A DNA stretch of 64,000 bases from Anaerolineales bacterium (lineage in GTDB: Bacteria > Chloroflexota > Anaerolineae > Anaerolineales > Villigracilaceae), in the NCBI GenBank assembly GCA_034411635.1, contig DAOUML010000134.1, forward strand, positions 14,649-78,648. The letters run 5' to 3'. Below the pieces are notes generated by a model. That model saw only the letters and a program-made list of their open reading frames with translations. It made no database searches and was not told where the DNA came from. This document shows positions 43,941 to 52,332 of this stretch, piece by piece; within the stretch, counting starts at the first letter, position 1; every line of letters starts with the position of its first letter. Made by a program: the position numbers and the translations under genes.

Positions 43941-43979
43941 AAAAAGGGCTATCCAGGCTGCTGCCGGATAGCCCTTTTT
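43941..43979. terminator. Bidirectional terminator
   Basis: aaaaagggctatcc pairs with ggatagcccttttt (14-bp arms including the A and T runs). It lies just downstream of the CoA-transferase gene. Confidence 0.65.
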
Positions 43980-43989
43980 GCGGACTTTG

Positions 43990-44892
43990 CTAATATTTGC
44001 CGTAGTTGATGGCTTCGCTCATCAGGGCTGGCACGGCCAGTTGTTGGTGTTTTTCTGGGCCGAGTTTTTGCCAGTATTCTTCGCGGTTCACTACGCCAAA
44101 AACCCATTCATCGAGATAGGCCTGGGTAAGGGCCGGGTCAGCGGAGATTTTGTCCCATTCGAGGTAGAACTCGTTGTCGCGATCATAGTAACCCTGGGCA
44201 TAACTGGGATGGGCGGCATACGGAACGTGGCAAACCGCGCTGACGATGAAGCCGGGAATCATCGTCCGGTTCGGGTCGGAGCGGATGACGCTTTCGGCGA
44301 CGATTTCTTCGGCGGTTAGAATGACTTTCTTCGCGGCGAAGGCCACTTCCTTTTGTTCGCCGACGATGCCCCACAGGTGGGCGTTGCCATTTTCATCGGC
44401 GCGCTGAACGTGAACGATGGCGACATCTGGGTTTAGGGCTGGCACGGTGATGACTTCGCGTCCGCTGTAGGGGTCGGTGACGCGTTTGATGTTGGGGTTG
44501 GCGGCTTCGAGCGAGGTTGCGCCGGTCTGGTTCATGGGCAGGAAGGGCAATCCGCTGGCCCCGGCTTGTAGACGGGTGATCATGCCGAAGTGGGAGTATT
44601 CTTCCCATTCGAGTTGGCCTTGCTCGATGGCTTTGCGCACAATGCGCAGCGAGCCGACTCCGGGGTTGCCCATATAAGAGAAGATGACTTTTTTGGCGCA
44701 TCCGGCGGCGACCAGTTGGTCATAAATCAGATCGGGGGTGGCGCGGGCCAGGGTCAGGTCGCGTTTGCCCTGGCGGATGATTTCGTGCCCGGCGGCGAAG
44801 GGAATCAGGTGGGTGAATCCGGCGGCGTACAGGCTGTCGCCATCCTGAACGTGGGTGGCGATGGCTTCTTGCAGGGAGGTGAGTTTGCTCAT
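43990..44892 (-). CDS. CoA-transferase subunit A (glutaconate / 3-oxoacid CoA-transferase family)
   Basis: The start is at MSKLTSLQEAI (ATG 44892). It has DGDSLYAAGF and the SYMGNPGVGS-type glycine loop. No subunit B gene is adjacent. The track's 63-codon extension is rejected. Confidence 0.7.
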   Translation of the reverse strand: MSKLTSLQEAIATHVQDGDSLYAAGFTHLIPFAAGHEIIRQGKRDLTLARATPDLIYDQLVAAGCAKKVIFSYMGNPGVGSLRIVRKAIEQGQLEWEEYSHFGMITRLQAGASGLPFLPMNQTGATSLEAANPNIKRVTDPYSGREVITVPALNPDVAIVHVQRADENGNAHLWGIVGEQKEVAFAAKKVILTAEEIVAESVIRSDPNRTMIPGFIVSAVCHVPYAAHPSYAQGYYDRDNEFYLEWDKISADPALTQAYLDEWVFGVVNREEYWQKLGPEKHQQLAVPALMSEAINYGKY

Positions 44893-44906
44893 TGGGGAGT
44901 CCTTGC

Positions 44907-45155
44907 CTATTTTTTCTTCAATTTTCCGAGTAGTTTGCGTAGCGAGCCAAATCGCCCGGCATCTTTGGGGGCTGAGGCGGTGCTGCGCTTGAATCGCCAG
45001 GCGAGTACCAGGCTGGCGACGCTGACAATGAAAAGGGTGAAGTCGGTTTCGCTGCTCATGTCGGAGATGATGAACAGCCACAGGGTAGTAATGCCAATTA
45101 GAAGCAAGAATGTGCCAATGCGGGAGATGAATTCTTTGCGTTCGCCTTCTTCCAT
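44907..45155 (-). CDS. Small two-TM membrane protein, hypothetical
   Basis: 82 aa with two hydrophobic spans and a basic tail (LRKLLGKLKKK). Confidence 0.4.
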   Translation of the reverse strand: MEEGERKEFISRIGTFLLLIGITTLWLFIISDMSSETDFTLFIVSVASLVLAWRFKRSTASAPKDAGRFGSLRKLLGKLKKK

Positions 45156-45300
45156 CGCGTGCCTGCCTTTTCTGGTTGGGTTTACTCTATTCTAAACGAA
45201 ATTGGCGGTTTGGGGTTATGGACGTGTTTGGTCTTAAATATTGGTGTGCTATTACGCGATAATAACTGATATATGTCATCTAAACCTGCGCGCCTGGCCT

Positions 45301-45309
45301 TGTTATAAT
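45301..45309 (+). promoter_or_regulatory. Candidate extended -10 element (TGtTATAAT)
   Basis: TGTTATAAT lies 38 nt upstream of the permease ATG, and an AAGGA Shine-Dalgarno sequence is at 45336-45340. Confidence 0.4.
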
Positions 45310-45346
45310 CGACCAGCACTTTCAGAAAGTTGACCAAGGAGCATAT

Positions 45347-47218
45347 ATGACCGTTGAAATGTGGATTGCTATTGGGATTTTGGCATTCGCAATCGTTTTT
45401 TTTGTTACTGAATGGCTACGAGTGGATGTCGTAGCCTTAATTGTTGTCATTGCATTAATGGTGTCAGGGTTGCTGACGCCCGCCCAGGCGATTTCCGGTT
45501 TCTCGAATACGCTTGTGCTGACCATCGCGGCCTTGTTCATTATTGGCGGCGCCATTTTGCAAACCGGGTTGGCGGGTATTATCGGCAATTCGGTTTTGAA
45601 AATTGCCGGAACCAACCCAACCCGTTTGCTGATTGTGGTCATGGTGGCGGTGGCGCTCATGTCGGCTTTTATGAGCAGCACCGGCACTGTGGCGGTTTTG
45701 CTTCCGGCGGTGGTCAGTTTGGCGGCCAGTTTGCGCATTAGCCCCTCGAAATTGTTGATTCCGCTGGCGTATGCTTCTTTGCTGGGCGGGGCCTTAACCC
45801 TGATTGGCACGCCGCCCAACCTGGTGGTAAGTGATATTCTGCGCGATAATGGCTACCGTCCGTTCCAATTTTTTGATTTTACAATTATCGGCGCGCTTTT
45901 ATTGCTGACGGGTGTGGCGTTCATGGCCTTGCTGGGCAAACGCCTGCTGCCAGACCGCGCCCCGGTACGGGAGTTTACCAAACTGCCAACCCCCAGAGAG
46001 ATTGTTAGCCGCTATGCCCTGGCTGACAATCTTTTTCGTTTGCGGGTGCGTTCGGCCTCTTTGCTGATAGGAAAGACCGTTGCCGAAGCCGAATTTGGTA
46101 AAAATTTCAATGTCACTATTCTGGAATTGCGCCGAAAATCGCCAGATCGCACGATGGTTCAGGTGGGCGAGGCCCGTCTGGTGTGGCATGAGGACAAGGA
46201 TCAGCGCAAAAAGCCCAGCGTTGATACCGCTTTTGAAACAGGTGATTTGCTCATCGTGCAGGGACACGCCGATGATGTCGCTTTGCTGGCCGCCTCGTGG
46301 AATTTGGGCGTGCAACCTGCCCAGGCCGAAGACGACCAATCGCTGATGAATCAAGAAGTGGGCATGGCTGAAATTCTCTTGCCTGAAGATTCTTCGCTGG
46401 TTGGTAAAAATCTTGTCGATTTGCAGTTTGGCGTGCGTTATCGCCTGAGTGTGATGGGCATTCGTCGGCCTGGCGGTGAAGAAGCGCTAAACCTGAAAAC
46501 AACCCCGTTGCGTTTTGGCGATACGCTTCTGGTGCAGGGATCGTGGGAAAATATCCTCAATTTGCGTAAAAACCAGCGCGATTTTGTGGTGATGGGGCAG
46601 CCCGAAGCCATGCTGGGCCCGGTTAATCAGCGCAAGGCCCCGATTGCGGCGGTGATTTTGGTGGGTATGTTGGTGGTGATGATTGGCGACTTTATGCCGC
46701 TTACCACAACGGCCATGCTGGCTGGTGTATTAATGATTTTGACCGGCTGCCTGACCATTGACGAAGCCTATGATTTTATTGATTGGAAGAGCATCGTTTT
46801 GATTGCGGGCATGTTGCCGATGAGCATTGCGCTGGAGCAAGTTGGCTTGGTAAAACTTGTGGCCGAAGGCATGGTGAGCACTTTGGGCGCGCAGGGGCCG
46901 CTTTGGATGCTGGCCGGCCTTTTCATTGGCACGGCGGTTTTTACCCAGTTGCTCTCGAACACGGCCACAACCGTTCTGCTTGCGCCGCTGGCTTTTGCAA
47001 CCGCGATTGGCATGGGGGTTCAGCCCCACGCCTTTTTAATGGCGGTGGCTATTGCGGCCTCGATGGCTTTTGCCACCCCGGTGGCAACGCCGGTTAATAC
47101 GCTGGTGATGGGCGCGGGCAATTATCGTTTTAGCGATTACGCAAAAGCAGGTATTCCGATGCTTTTGCTTGCCACCCTGGTTGCTTTGCTGGTGCTGCCG
47201 CTTCTGTGGCCGTTTTAG
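45347..47218 (+). CDS. SLC13/DASS-type anion permease with two central TrkA-C (RCK_C) domains
   Basis: 623 aa. Hydrophobic N- and C-terminal halves flank two soluble repeats (RVRSASLLIGKTVAEAEFGKNFNVTILELRR and LLPEDSSLVGKNLVDLQFGVRYRLSVMGIRR). Confidence 0.75.
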   Translation: MTVEMWIAIGILAFAIVFFVTEWLRVDVVALIVVIALMVSGLLTPAQAISGFSNTLVLTIAALFIIGGAILQTGLAGIIGNSVLKIAGTNPTRLLIVVMVAVALMSAFMSSTGTVAVLLPAVVSLAASLRISPSKLLIPLAYASLLGGALTLIGTPPNLVVSDILRDNGYRPFQFFDFTIIGALLLLTGVAFMALLGKRLLPDRAPVREFTKLPTPREIVSRYALADNLFRLRVRSASLLIGKTVAEAEFGKNFNVTILELRRKSPDRTMVQVGEARLVWHEDKDQRKKPSVDTAFETGDLLIVQGHADDVALLAASWNLGVQPAQAEDDQSLMNQEVGMAEILLPEDSSLVGKNLVDLQFGVRYRLSVMGIRRPGGEEALNLKTTPLRFGDTLLVQGSWENILNLRKNQRDFVVMGQPEAMLGPVNQRKAPIAAVILVGMLVVMIGDFMPLTTTAMLAGVLMILTGCLTIDEAYDFIDWKSIVLIAGMLPMSIALEQVGLVKLVAEGMVSTLGAQGPLWMLAGLFIGTAVFTQLLSNTATTVLLAPLAFATAIGMGVQPHAFLMAVAIAASMAFATPVATPVNTLVMGAGNYRFSDYAKAGIPMLLLATLVALLVLPLLWPF

Positions 47219-47257
47219 TGAGAAAAAACTTGTCTCTTTGGCAATCTTTATGGTATG

Positions 47258-47395
47258 CCTACCCACCCTCACCCCCGGCCCCTCTCCCGGTGGGAGAGGG
47301 GAGAAAACAGGGACGCTTCTGTCACTTTCAGAAAAAAATTCGTTTTATATGTCCGATTCCCTCTCCCTTAGGGAGAGGGCTAGGGTGAGGGTAGG
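47258..47395. repeat. Pair of inverted GC-rich palindromic units (REP/MITE-like)
   Basis: The left unit reads ccctcaccc..cccctctcccggtgggagagggg. The right unit reads ccctctcccttagggagaggg..gggtgaggg. Each has its own 9-10-bp hairpin, and the two units are inverted about 57 nt apart. Confidence 0.75.
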
Positions 47396-47614
47396 TAGTT
47401 ACAATTTCCGACTCTTCTCGGCAAGTGGCATGTGCCGCGCCATAACAAATAGACAGTCAGGGCGCCCAATGGTTTATTGCCGATTTTGTCTACAATACAA
47501 AATCAATTATTACGCCAGAAAATATATTCGCAATTTTTCTATAAGATTAGCAAATATATGACAAATATCACCTTGATAAGGATACAAGCGTAACATCCGC
47601 TTCAAGAGTGCTTA

Positions 47615-47623
47615 TGATAAAAT
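47615..47623 (+). promoter_or_regulatory. Candidate extended -10 element (TGaTAAAAT) for nuoA
   Basis: It lies about 49 nt upstream of the nuoA ATG, and a GAGGAGG Shine-Dalgarno sequence is at 47661-47667. Confidence 0.35.
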
Positions 47624-47671
47624 CTGGCAGTCCGTTTGTGACGAAAAACCCAATCTACGCGAGGAGGCAAA

Positions 47672-48028
47672 ATGGAAAATCCCTGGGTATATCTTGGTCT
47701 TTTCCTAATCGTGTCGGCTATCATCCCTATCGCAGCCATTGTGATGGCGATGATACTGGCACCCAGAAAGCCCAACCCGATCAAACTAAGCACTTATGAG
47801 TGCGGTCTTGAAACGGTGGGCGATAGCTGGGTGCAATTCAAAGCACAATATTACGTTTTTGCGCTGGCCTTTCTAATTTTTGATGTGGAAACGGTCTTTT
47901 TGTTTCCCTGGGCGATGACCCTGAACATCATGCCAATTTTTGTGGTAGTAGAAGGCATTATCTTTATTCTCATCCTCATGGCCGGGCTGTATTACATCTG
48001 GCGCAAAGGGATGCTGGATTGGGTTTAA
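47672..48028 (+). CDS. nuoA: NADH-quinone oxidoreductase subunit A
   Basis: 118 aa with YECGLE and FLIFDVETVFLFPWA. Confidence 0.9.
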   Translation: MENPWVYLGLFLIVSAIIPIAAIVMAMILAPRKPNPIKLSTYECGLETVGDSWVQFKAQYYVFALAFLIFDVETVFLFPWAMTLNIMPIFVVVEGIIFILILMAGLYYIWRKGMLDWV

Positions 48029-48042
48029 TATCCATTTGAAAA

Positions 48043-48078
48043 GAAAAGGCTGATAAGGTTCCCCATATCAGCCTTTTC
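48043..48078 (+). other. 13-bp stem hairpin between nuoA and nuoH (attenuator or terminator-like)
   Basis: gaaaaggctgata pairs with tatcagccttttc around a 10-nt loop, followed by attgttt. Confidence 0.5.
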
Positions 48079-48098
48079 ATTGTTTGGAGGAGCAATCC

Positions 48099-49286
48099 AT
48101 GGAATTTCTTACAGACCCTATCAAGGTGGTCTATGAATGGTTGATGGGAATCCTTCTCGGCTGGGGCTGGGCCGACTGGGTTTCTGAACTGGTCATCAAC
48201 TTTCTTGCCATCGTCGTATTTATCATGGCGATCATGGTCATTGACATCCTGCTGGTTTGGGTGGAGCGCAAGGTCGTTGCCCGCTTTCAGGATCGCCTTG
48301 GCCCCAACCGGGTTGGCCCTTTTGGCTTGTTCCAGCCTTTTCCGGATATCATCAAACTGATACTCAAGGAAGACATCACCCCTCAGGGTGCCGACCGGGT
48401 CGTCTTCAACCTGGCGCCCATTCTGTCGATGGCCTCGGTGCTGATTATCTGGGCTGTCTTTCCGCTTGGCTCGCGCATCTATGGCGTTGATCTAAACGTC
48501 GGCCTGCTTTACTTGATTGCGGCTGGCGCGCTCGGCACGCTTTCCATCATTATGGCGGGCTGGGCCTCGAACAACAAATATGCCCTGGTCGGCGCGTATC
48601 GCATGGTCGCCAACATGATTTCGTATGAAATTCCGATGGTGGTTTCCCTGCTCATCCCGGCGGTCATTGTTGGCTCAATGAGTTTTGCTGCCATCACCGA
48701 AGCGCAGTCGGTTTTCTGGTTTGTGCTGGTCTCGCCGCTGGGCGCGCTCATCTTCCTGATTGCTTCAATTGCTGAACTGGGGCGCGCGCCCTTCGATTTG
48801 GACGAAGGCGAATCGGAAATCGTTTCCGGTTTCCACATTGAGTATTCGGGCATGAAGTTTGGCCTGTTCTACGCTGGCGAACTCCTGCATGCCTACACTT
48901 TCGGCGGTTTCCTGGCGGTTTTGTTCTTTGGCGGCTGGCAGGGCCCCTGGGCCGAGCAGTATCCGCTCTTGGGCGCGTTTTACCTTCTGGTTAAGGCCAT
49001 GATTGGCTACTGGGTCATCATGTGGGTCAAATATACCGTTCCGCGCATTCGCATCGACCACATGCTGGCCTTCAACTGGAAATTCCTGACGCCGCTGTCG
49101 TTTGTCCTGTTGATGGTGACTGCCCTGGTGCATCGCCTGTTGCTCGATGCGCCCACCTGGCTGTATGTTTCGGGGCTGTTTTTGTCGAACGTCGTCCTGG
49201 CCTGGGTTGTGATTGAGTTCTTGCGCTCACATTCGCGTCAAAAGCGCGAGGCAAAAGCCGCGGCGCAATCTGGCGCGGCTGATTAG
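48099..49286 (+). CDS. nuoH: NADH-quinone oxidoreductase subunit H
   Basis: The ATG at 48099 follows GGAGGA. It has ERKVVARFQDRLGPNRVGPFGLFQPFPD and FDLDEGESEIVSGFHIEYSG. Confidence 0.9.
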   Translation: MEFLTDPIKVVYEWLMGILLGWGWADWVSELVINFLAIVVFIMAIMVIDILLVWVERKVVARFQDRLGPNRVGPFGLFQPFPDIIKLILKEDITPQGADRVVFNLAPILSMASVLIIWAVFPLGSRIYGVDLNVGLLYLIAAGALGTLSIIMAGWASNNKYALVGAYRMVANMISYEIPMVVSLLIPAVIVGSMSFAAITEAQSVFWFVLVSPLGALIFLIASIAELGRAPFDLDEGESEIVSGFHIEYSGMKFGLFYAGELLHAYTFGGFLAVLFFGGWQGPWAEQYPLLGAFYLLVKAMIGYWVIMWVKYTVPRIRIDHMLAFNWKFLTPLSFVLLMVTALVHRLLLDAPTWLYVSGLFLSNVVLAWVVIEFLRSHSRQKREAKAAAQSGAAD

Positions 49287-49306
49287 GGCGGGGAGGATTG
49301 GAGATT

Positions 49307-49807
49307 ATGACTGCTGAACAAATCATCTTTTTCCTGACTGCGGCGTTCATTCTGATTTCGGCGCTGATGGTCGTGACCACCCGTAATCTGGTTCACGCGG
49401 CCCTGTGGTTAATTGCTGTCCTTTTCGGGGCGGCGGTGCTGTTTGCCAGCCTTGATGCCGCTTTCCTGGCTGTGGTGCAGATTGTGGTCTACATCGGCGC
49501 AATAGCGATTATGTTCATCTTCGCCGTGATGTTTACCCGCCGCAACCTGCTCAGCGATTCTCCGCAGACCAACGCGGGCTGGCCCTGGGCGGCTCTGATA
49601 TCGATTGCCACTTTTGCCGGGCTGGTTTTCCTTTCCGGCCAGATGAACAACGCAAACGCCCAAAAAGCGGATGTGGTTGGCGACCCGCTGATGGGGCTTT
49701 CGCTGGCTCTGGTTACACCAGATGCCTATGTGCTGGCTTTTGAAGTGGCATCCATTATGCTCGTGGCGGCGCTGGTTGGCGCGGTCTACATTGCAAACCG
49801 CAAATAG
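49307..49807 (+). CDS. nuoJ: NADH-quinone oxidoreductase subunit J
   Basis: The ATG at 49307 follows GGGAGGA. It has VVTTRNLVHAALWL and VQIVVYIGAIAIMFIF. nuoH ends only 11-20 nt upstream, which leaves no room for nuoI. Confidence 0.85.
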   Translation: MTAEQIIFFLTAAFILISALMVVTTRNLVHAALWLIAVLFGAAVLFASLDAAFLAVVQIVVYIGAIAIMFIFAVMFTRRNLLSDSPQTNAGWPWAALISIATFAGLVFLSGQMNNANAQKADVVGDPLMGLSLALVTPDAYVLAFEVASIMLVAALVGAVYIANRK

Positions 49808-49821
49808 GAGGCGCGCAGAAT

Positions 49822-50130
49822 ATGGTTCCTTTGTCCTGGTATCTTTTTCTTGCGGCGGCGCTTTTTAGCATCGGTCTGTATGCGGTGCTGGCGCGCAAAA
49901 ATGTGATTGCAATTTTGCTCGGCATCGAACTGATGCTCAACGCCGCCAATATCAACCTGGTCTCGTTCTGGCGCTATGGCGACACAGCCTTTATGGGCGG
50001 ACAGGTTTTTGCAATTATTGTCTTCGCCGTCGCCGCCGCGGAAGTCGCGGTTGGCCTGGCGCTGGTTATCGCTGTCTACCGCACTCGAAAGACGGTGGTG
50101 GCCGATGAACTCGACCTCATGAAGTGGTAG
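49822..50130 (+). CDS. nuoK: NADH-quinone oxidoreductase subunit K
   Basis: 102 aa with GIELMLNAANINLV and AAAEVAVGLALV. Confidence 0.9.
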   Translation: MVPLSWYLFLAAALFSIGLYAVLARKNVIAILLGIELMLNAANINLVSFWRYGDTAFMGGQVFAIIVFAVAAAEVAVGLALVIAVYRTRKTVVADELDLMKW

Positions 50131-50139
50131 GAGCGAACG

Positions 50140-52320
50140 ATGACGACTGAAACACTTATCTGGCTTCTCCCCCTGCCGCCACTGCTGGCGTTCTTCCTGA
50201 TTGTGCTGTTTACCAACAAGAGCAAAGCCCTCAGTCATAGCATTGCGGTTGGCGCGGCCCTGCTCTCGTTTGCTGGCAGTATGGTGGTTTTCTTCCGCGC
50301 AGTGGGCATGGAAAATTTCGGCAAAAAAGTTTTCGAGCATTCGATTAACTGGCTGCCGACAGGTGACACCTTCCTGAAAGTCGGCGTTTTGATTGACCCG
50401 CTTTCAGCCATTGTGCTTTTCTTCGTCGCCTGGACGATCTTGATGATCTTCATCTACAGCGTCGGCTACCATAACTTCGGCCAACCGGATGGCGACCATG
50501 ACCACAAGGGCCTGCCGCCGCACGGCGCAACCGTCACCGATGCGCACGGACACAAGCACACCGTCCTCTCGGTCGAACCAATGTACAGCCGCTTCTTTGC
50601 CTTCATTGGCCTGTTCGCCTTCGGCATGTATACCCTGGTCGTCTCCGACAACCTGCTGACCATGTTCGTCGGTTGGGAGATTATGGGCCTGTGCTCGTAC
50701 CTGCTAATCGGTTTCTGGTTCGCCAAACCTTCGGCGCGCGCGGCGGGCATCAAGGCTTTTATGACCACCCGCGTTGGCGATGTCTTCATGCTGCTCGGTA
50801 TTGCCTTCCTGTACTCGGCCACCGGCACGCTTTCGTTCCGCGAAATCTTCACCCCGGATGTGCTGGATGCCCTGGCCCATACCATCACCCCGGTCTTCGG
50901 CCTGTCTGCCGCCGGGCTGATCGCCATCCTGCTCTTCATCGGGACAATCGGCAAATCGGCGCAGTGGCCGCTACACATCTGGCTACCCGACGCGATGGAA
51001 GGCCCGACCCCCGTCAGCGCGATGATCCATGCCGCCACGATGGTTTCGGCGGGTGTTTACGCCGTCCTGCGCATGTTCCCGCTGCTCTCCTGGGGTTGGG
51101 ATCCGCATCACGGACTGCTGCCAGCCATGACCGTTGTCGCCCTGATCGGCGCCTTCACCGCCATCTTTGCCGCAACCATCGCCCTGGCGCAGAACGACAT
51201 CAAGAAAGTTCTGGCCTACTCAACCATCTCGCAACTTGGCTTCATGATCGCCGCCATCGGCATCGGCGCCTATGTGGCCGCCGCCTTCCACCTGGTGACG
51301 CACGCCTTCTTCAAGGCCCTGCTCTTCCTCGGTTCCGGCTCGGTCATTCACGGCATGGAGCACGGCGTGCTGCACACCGGCAACCACAAGGTCGACCCGC
51401 AGGATATGCTCAACATGGGCGGCCTGCGCAAGAAAATGCCCATCACCTTCTGGACCTTCCTCATCGGCGGTTTTGCCCTGGCGGGCTTCCCGCTCGTGAC
51501 GGCAGGTTTTTGGTCGAAGGACGAAATCCTGGCCGATGCCTTTTTCCATGGGCAATGGGCGGTGCTGATTACCCTGTCCATCGCCGCGCTGATGACGGCC
51601 TTCTACACCATGCGCCAGATTACGCTGACCTTTTTCGGCGAACCGCGCACGAAGGAAGCCGAACATGCCCACGAAACGCCCTGGACGATGACCCTGCCGC
51701 TCGTTATCCTGTCGGTTTTTGCCATCGCTTATGGTTGGGTCGGCATTCCCAAGAACTTCCCGGTGTTGGGTGAGTTTTCCTCGCACTGGTTCAAGTATTT
51801 CATCATCGGTTCCTTGCTCGAAAAGCCCGAAACCCCCGAATTCAGTTGGATCCCGCTACTGATTTCCCTGGGCGTTGCCCTGGGCGGCCTGGCGCTCGGA
51901 TGGCTGGTCTATAAGGACTACAAAGCCGGACAGCCTGACCCGCTCCAGAAGCCGCTCGGCCCGGTCTACACCCTGCTCCAGAACAAATGGTATTTTGACG
52001 AGTTCTACAATTTCTTCGTCGTCAAGCCGGTCATCTGGATTTCGGAAGTCTTCACTTACCGTTGGATGGACAAGGGCCTCATCGATGGCATCTTGCACTT
52101 TATCGCCAAATTGCCCATCTGGATTGGCGATTTCTTGCGCAACAAATTCGACAAGCCGTTCATCAATGAGTTGATTGGTGATGGCACGGCGGCGGTCTTC
52201 CAAAAGGCCGGACACGAATTGCGCTATACCCAAACCGGGCGTATCCAGACTTATCTCATCGCCTCGGCATCCTTCCTCATCGTCCTGGTGGCGGTGCTGG
52301 CTTATCTTTTCCTTGCCTAA
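50140..52320 (+). CDS. nuoL: NADH-quinone oxidoreductase subunit L, long form (726 aa)
   Basis: It has GWEIMGLCSYLLIGFW and WLPDAMEGPTPVSAMIHAATMV. Extra segments are a His-rich loop at residues 111-147 and a lengthened lateral-helix region near the C-terminus. Confidence 0.9.
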   Translation: MTTETLIWLLPLPPLLAFFLIVLFTNKSKALSHSIAVGAALLSFAGSMVVFFRAVGMENFGKKVFEHSINWLPTGDTFLKVGVLIDPLSAIVLFFVAWTILMIFIYSVGYHNFGQPDGDHDHKGLPPHGATVTDAHGHKHTVLSVEPMYSRFFAFIGLFAFGMYTLVVSDNLLTMFVGWEIMGLCSYLLIGFWFAKPSARAAGIKAFMTTRVGDVFMLLGIAFLYSATGTLSFREIFTPDVLDALAHTITPVFGLSAAGLIAILLFIGTIGKSAQWPLHIWLPDAMEGPTPVSAMIHAATMVSAGVYAVLRMFPLLSWGWDPHHGLLPAMTVVALIGAFTAIFAATIALAQNDIKKVLAYSTISQLGFMIAAIGIGAYVAAAFHLVTHAFFKALLFLGSGSVIHGMEHGVLHTGNHKVDPQDMLNMGGLRKKMPITFWTFLIGGFALAGFPLVTAGFWSKDEILADAFFHGQWAVLITLSIAALMTAFYTMRQITLTFFGEPRTKEAEHAHETPWTMTLPLVILSVFAIAYGWVGIPKNFPVLGEFSSHWFKYFIIGSLLEKPETPEFSWIPLLISLGVALGGLALGWLVYKDYKAGQPDPLQKPLGPVYTLLQNKWYFDEFYNFFVVKPVIWISEVFTYRWMDKGLIDGILHFIAKLPIWIGDFLRNKFDKPFINELIGDGTAAVFQKAGHELRYTQTGRIQTYLIASASFLIVLVAVLAYLFLA

Positions 52321-52332
52321 AGGGAGTGGACA

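Noticed and set aside
44029-44043. TGGCAC-N5-GTTG sigma54-like motif
   Set aside because: The -12 element is imperfect. It also lies inside, and antisense to, the CoA-transferase coding sequence, with no gene downstream to serve.
43990-44892. Orphan CoA-transferase A subunit as a notable anomaly
   Set aside because: The B subunit may simply be encoded elsewhere or fused differently in this family. Nothing in the sequence itself is unusual, so it is recorded as a feature only.
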